From contig MU057930.1 of NCBI GenBank assembly GCA_013265495.1, positions 1,752,057-1,816,056 on the forward strand: 64,000 nt of DNA, read 5' to 3'. Source of the stretch: Vicugna vicugna (taxonomy: Eukaryota). Positions within the stretch are counted from its first letter, which is position 1; each line of letters opens with the position of its first letter. Positions 62,534 through 64,000 of this stretch are shown piece by piece. The position numbers and the translations under genes are program-made. The notes beneath the pieces are model-generated. The model had not been told where the DNA came from. It did not search any database and was given only the letters and a program-made list of their open reading frames with translations.

Positions 62534-63014
62534 AGGCTGTTAAGATTGAGATCCAAGTGAAGGCAGATTTAGCGTCTGGTGAGGACCTGCCCTTTGCTTC
62601 GCAGATACTCATCTCTTTGCTGTGTCCTCCTGCCTTGGTGGAAGGGGAAAGGGACCCCTCTGGGGTTTCTTTCACAAGGCCACTCATCCCACTCCTAAGG
62701 GCTCCAACCTCATGACCTGATCACACCCCAAAGACCCCACCTCCTGACACATCAGTCTTGGAGTTGGGGATTCAACACATGAAATCTGGGAGGGGACACA
62801 TTTGGATCACACTTAGAAAATATTTCTGTGCAGGAATCCAACTCGTACCACGGATCATTCCAGCCTTCAACGGCTAATATAAAATCCCCAGGTCGGAAGC
62901 ACAGCATGGAGGCAGGGCCCCTGGTTAAAAAGGAGTGCCAGAGAATCTGCATTCATCCCCTCTTAGAGCCAGAGAATGCTTCCAGTAGGAAGACAACGTG
63001 GGGTAACCTGCCGT

Positions 63015-63315
63015 CCATTTATTCCAAAGTGCTACGGCTGGGGGTAATGGTCATAAGGAGAGTCTGTCTTTGCCCTTATGAAGCCCACAGTCTCCTGGAA
63101 TATGTGACAGTTAATTCGAGAATCACACCACATTTTAAAAATCCCTACTGTGAAAACGTGATGTGTGGACATGCAAATAAATATGGGATATGTAGACATC
63201 CCGGGGACCCTGTCTCGTCTGGTGGTCAGGAAAATCTCCCCGAAGGAATAACGGAGCTGTCAGCTGAATGGGGAGTTAAGAAGACCAAAAGCAGAAGGGG
63301 AAAACATTTCAGAGC
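63015..63315 (-). mobile_element. LINE-2 3' remnant
   Basis: CTTTGCCCTTATGAAGCCCACAGTCT and GGTGGTCAGGAAAATCTCCCCGAAGGAATAAC resemble reverse L2. Confidence 0.55.
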
Positions 63316-63389
63316 TGGATGCCAGAGGAGACAGGGCAGGCTGGGCAGTGCCAGACCACAGGCCAAGCTTGGCAGACTGCCGCAGGACA

Positions 63390-63777
63390 ACTCCTGTCCT
63401 CCCAGAGCACAGAGGATGACCTGATGGGAGACAGAGTCTTTGCAGATGTAATTCGTGATGGATCTGGGGGTGAGATCACCCTGGATTTGCAGGGGGCTCT
63501 AACTCCAGTGACTGGGGTCCTTATCAGAAGAGAAGAGGCCAGCGGGAGACACACAGAGAGGAAGACAGTGTGCAGATGAAGGCAGGCACCGAAGCGAGGC
63601 AGCCCCCAGAAGCTGCGAGAGAGACCTGGAGCACATTCTGCCTCACAGCCTCCAGCGGGAACCAAGCGTTGCCGACACCTTGGACTTCTGGCCAATATCT
63701 AAAGAGCACATTTCTGGTATCTTAAGCCACCATGTTTGTGCAAATTTTTATAGAAAAAGCTCCAGGAAACTAAGACG
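63390..63777 (+). mobile_element. MaLR LTR (MLT1B/C-like)
   Basis: GTCTTTGCAGATGTAATT, CCAGTGACTGGGGTCCTTATCAGAAGAG, GCCGACACCTTGGACTTCTGGCC, TTAAGCCACC and CAGGAAACTAAGAC. Confidence 0.88.
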
Positions 63778-64000
63778 CTGGGCATTGAACAATAGCATGG
63801 TGACCATCCCCTAAAGCAAGCCCTAATGAGCCGTGCTAACTGGTGTGAGCTGGACCTGCACAGATGGTGGAAGACGCACCCCCGCTGACATCACATTGTC
63901 TGGGAAACGGGAGGGGGGTGCCACTCCCCTGCTTAGGCTTTCCTGTATAGGATACGCTTCTCGGCCAACTGGAATAGGAGATTGCCCCTCTGGCCTTGAA

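Larger units (their letters stand above)
61810..62815 (-). mobile_element. MaLR LTR (MLT1A-like) split by an L1 insertion
   Basis: TTAGTCTGTTCATGCTGCTGTAACAAAA...TCTCACAGTTC, resuming at about 62534 with GTCTGGTGAGGACC...CCTCATGACCTGATCAC...GGATTCAACACATGAA. Confidence 0.85.

Noticed and set aside
62828..63424. 198-aa ORF
   Set aside because: It overlaps L2 and MLT1 remnants, starts at a non-ATG codon and has no recognisable domain

Overview
This is mammalian genomic DNA, not prokaryotic. Repeated tRNA-derived vic-1-like SINEs suggest a camelid, and the young L1 3' ends, ERV1 LTRs and a Tigger1 derivative fit a cetartiodactyl. The whole window appears to lie inside the neuroligin-4 gene (NLGN4/NLGN4X) on the minus strand. 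Only two coding exons are visible: a 153-nt constitutive exon (40034-40186; [51 protein letters not shown]) and, 3.5 kb upstream, the 60-nt alternative splice-site-A (A2-type) exon (43686-43745; GANTKKNADDISSHDRGEDE), which the ORF track missed. The rest is intron: young and ancient L1, SINEs, MIR/L2, MaLR and ERV LTRs, MER20 and Tigger DNA transposons, and microsatellites. The other listed ORFs look spurious. I found no novel multi-gene system. The best leads are: (1) a candidate 25-nt frameshifting micro-exon or alternative donor 88 nt downstream of the A2 exon, next to an RBFOX motif; (2) patchy AT-to-GC drift consistent with GC-biased gene conversion, as in a pseudoautosomal region; (3) several unusual retrotransposition products, including a tail-only patterned poly(A) insertion, a tailless L1 5' fragment with a TSD, and a twin-primed inversion. 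Repeat family names come from recalled consensus sequences, not a database search, and repeat boundaries are approximate unless a TSD is quoted.
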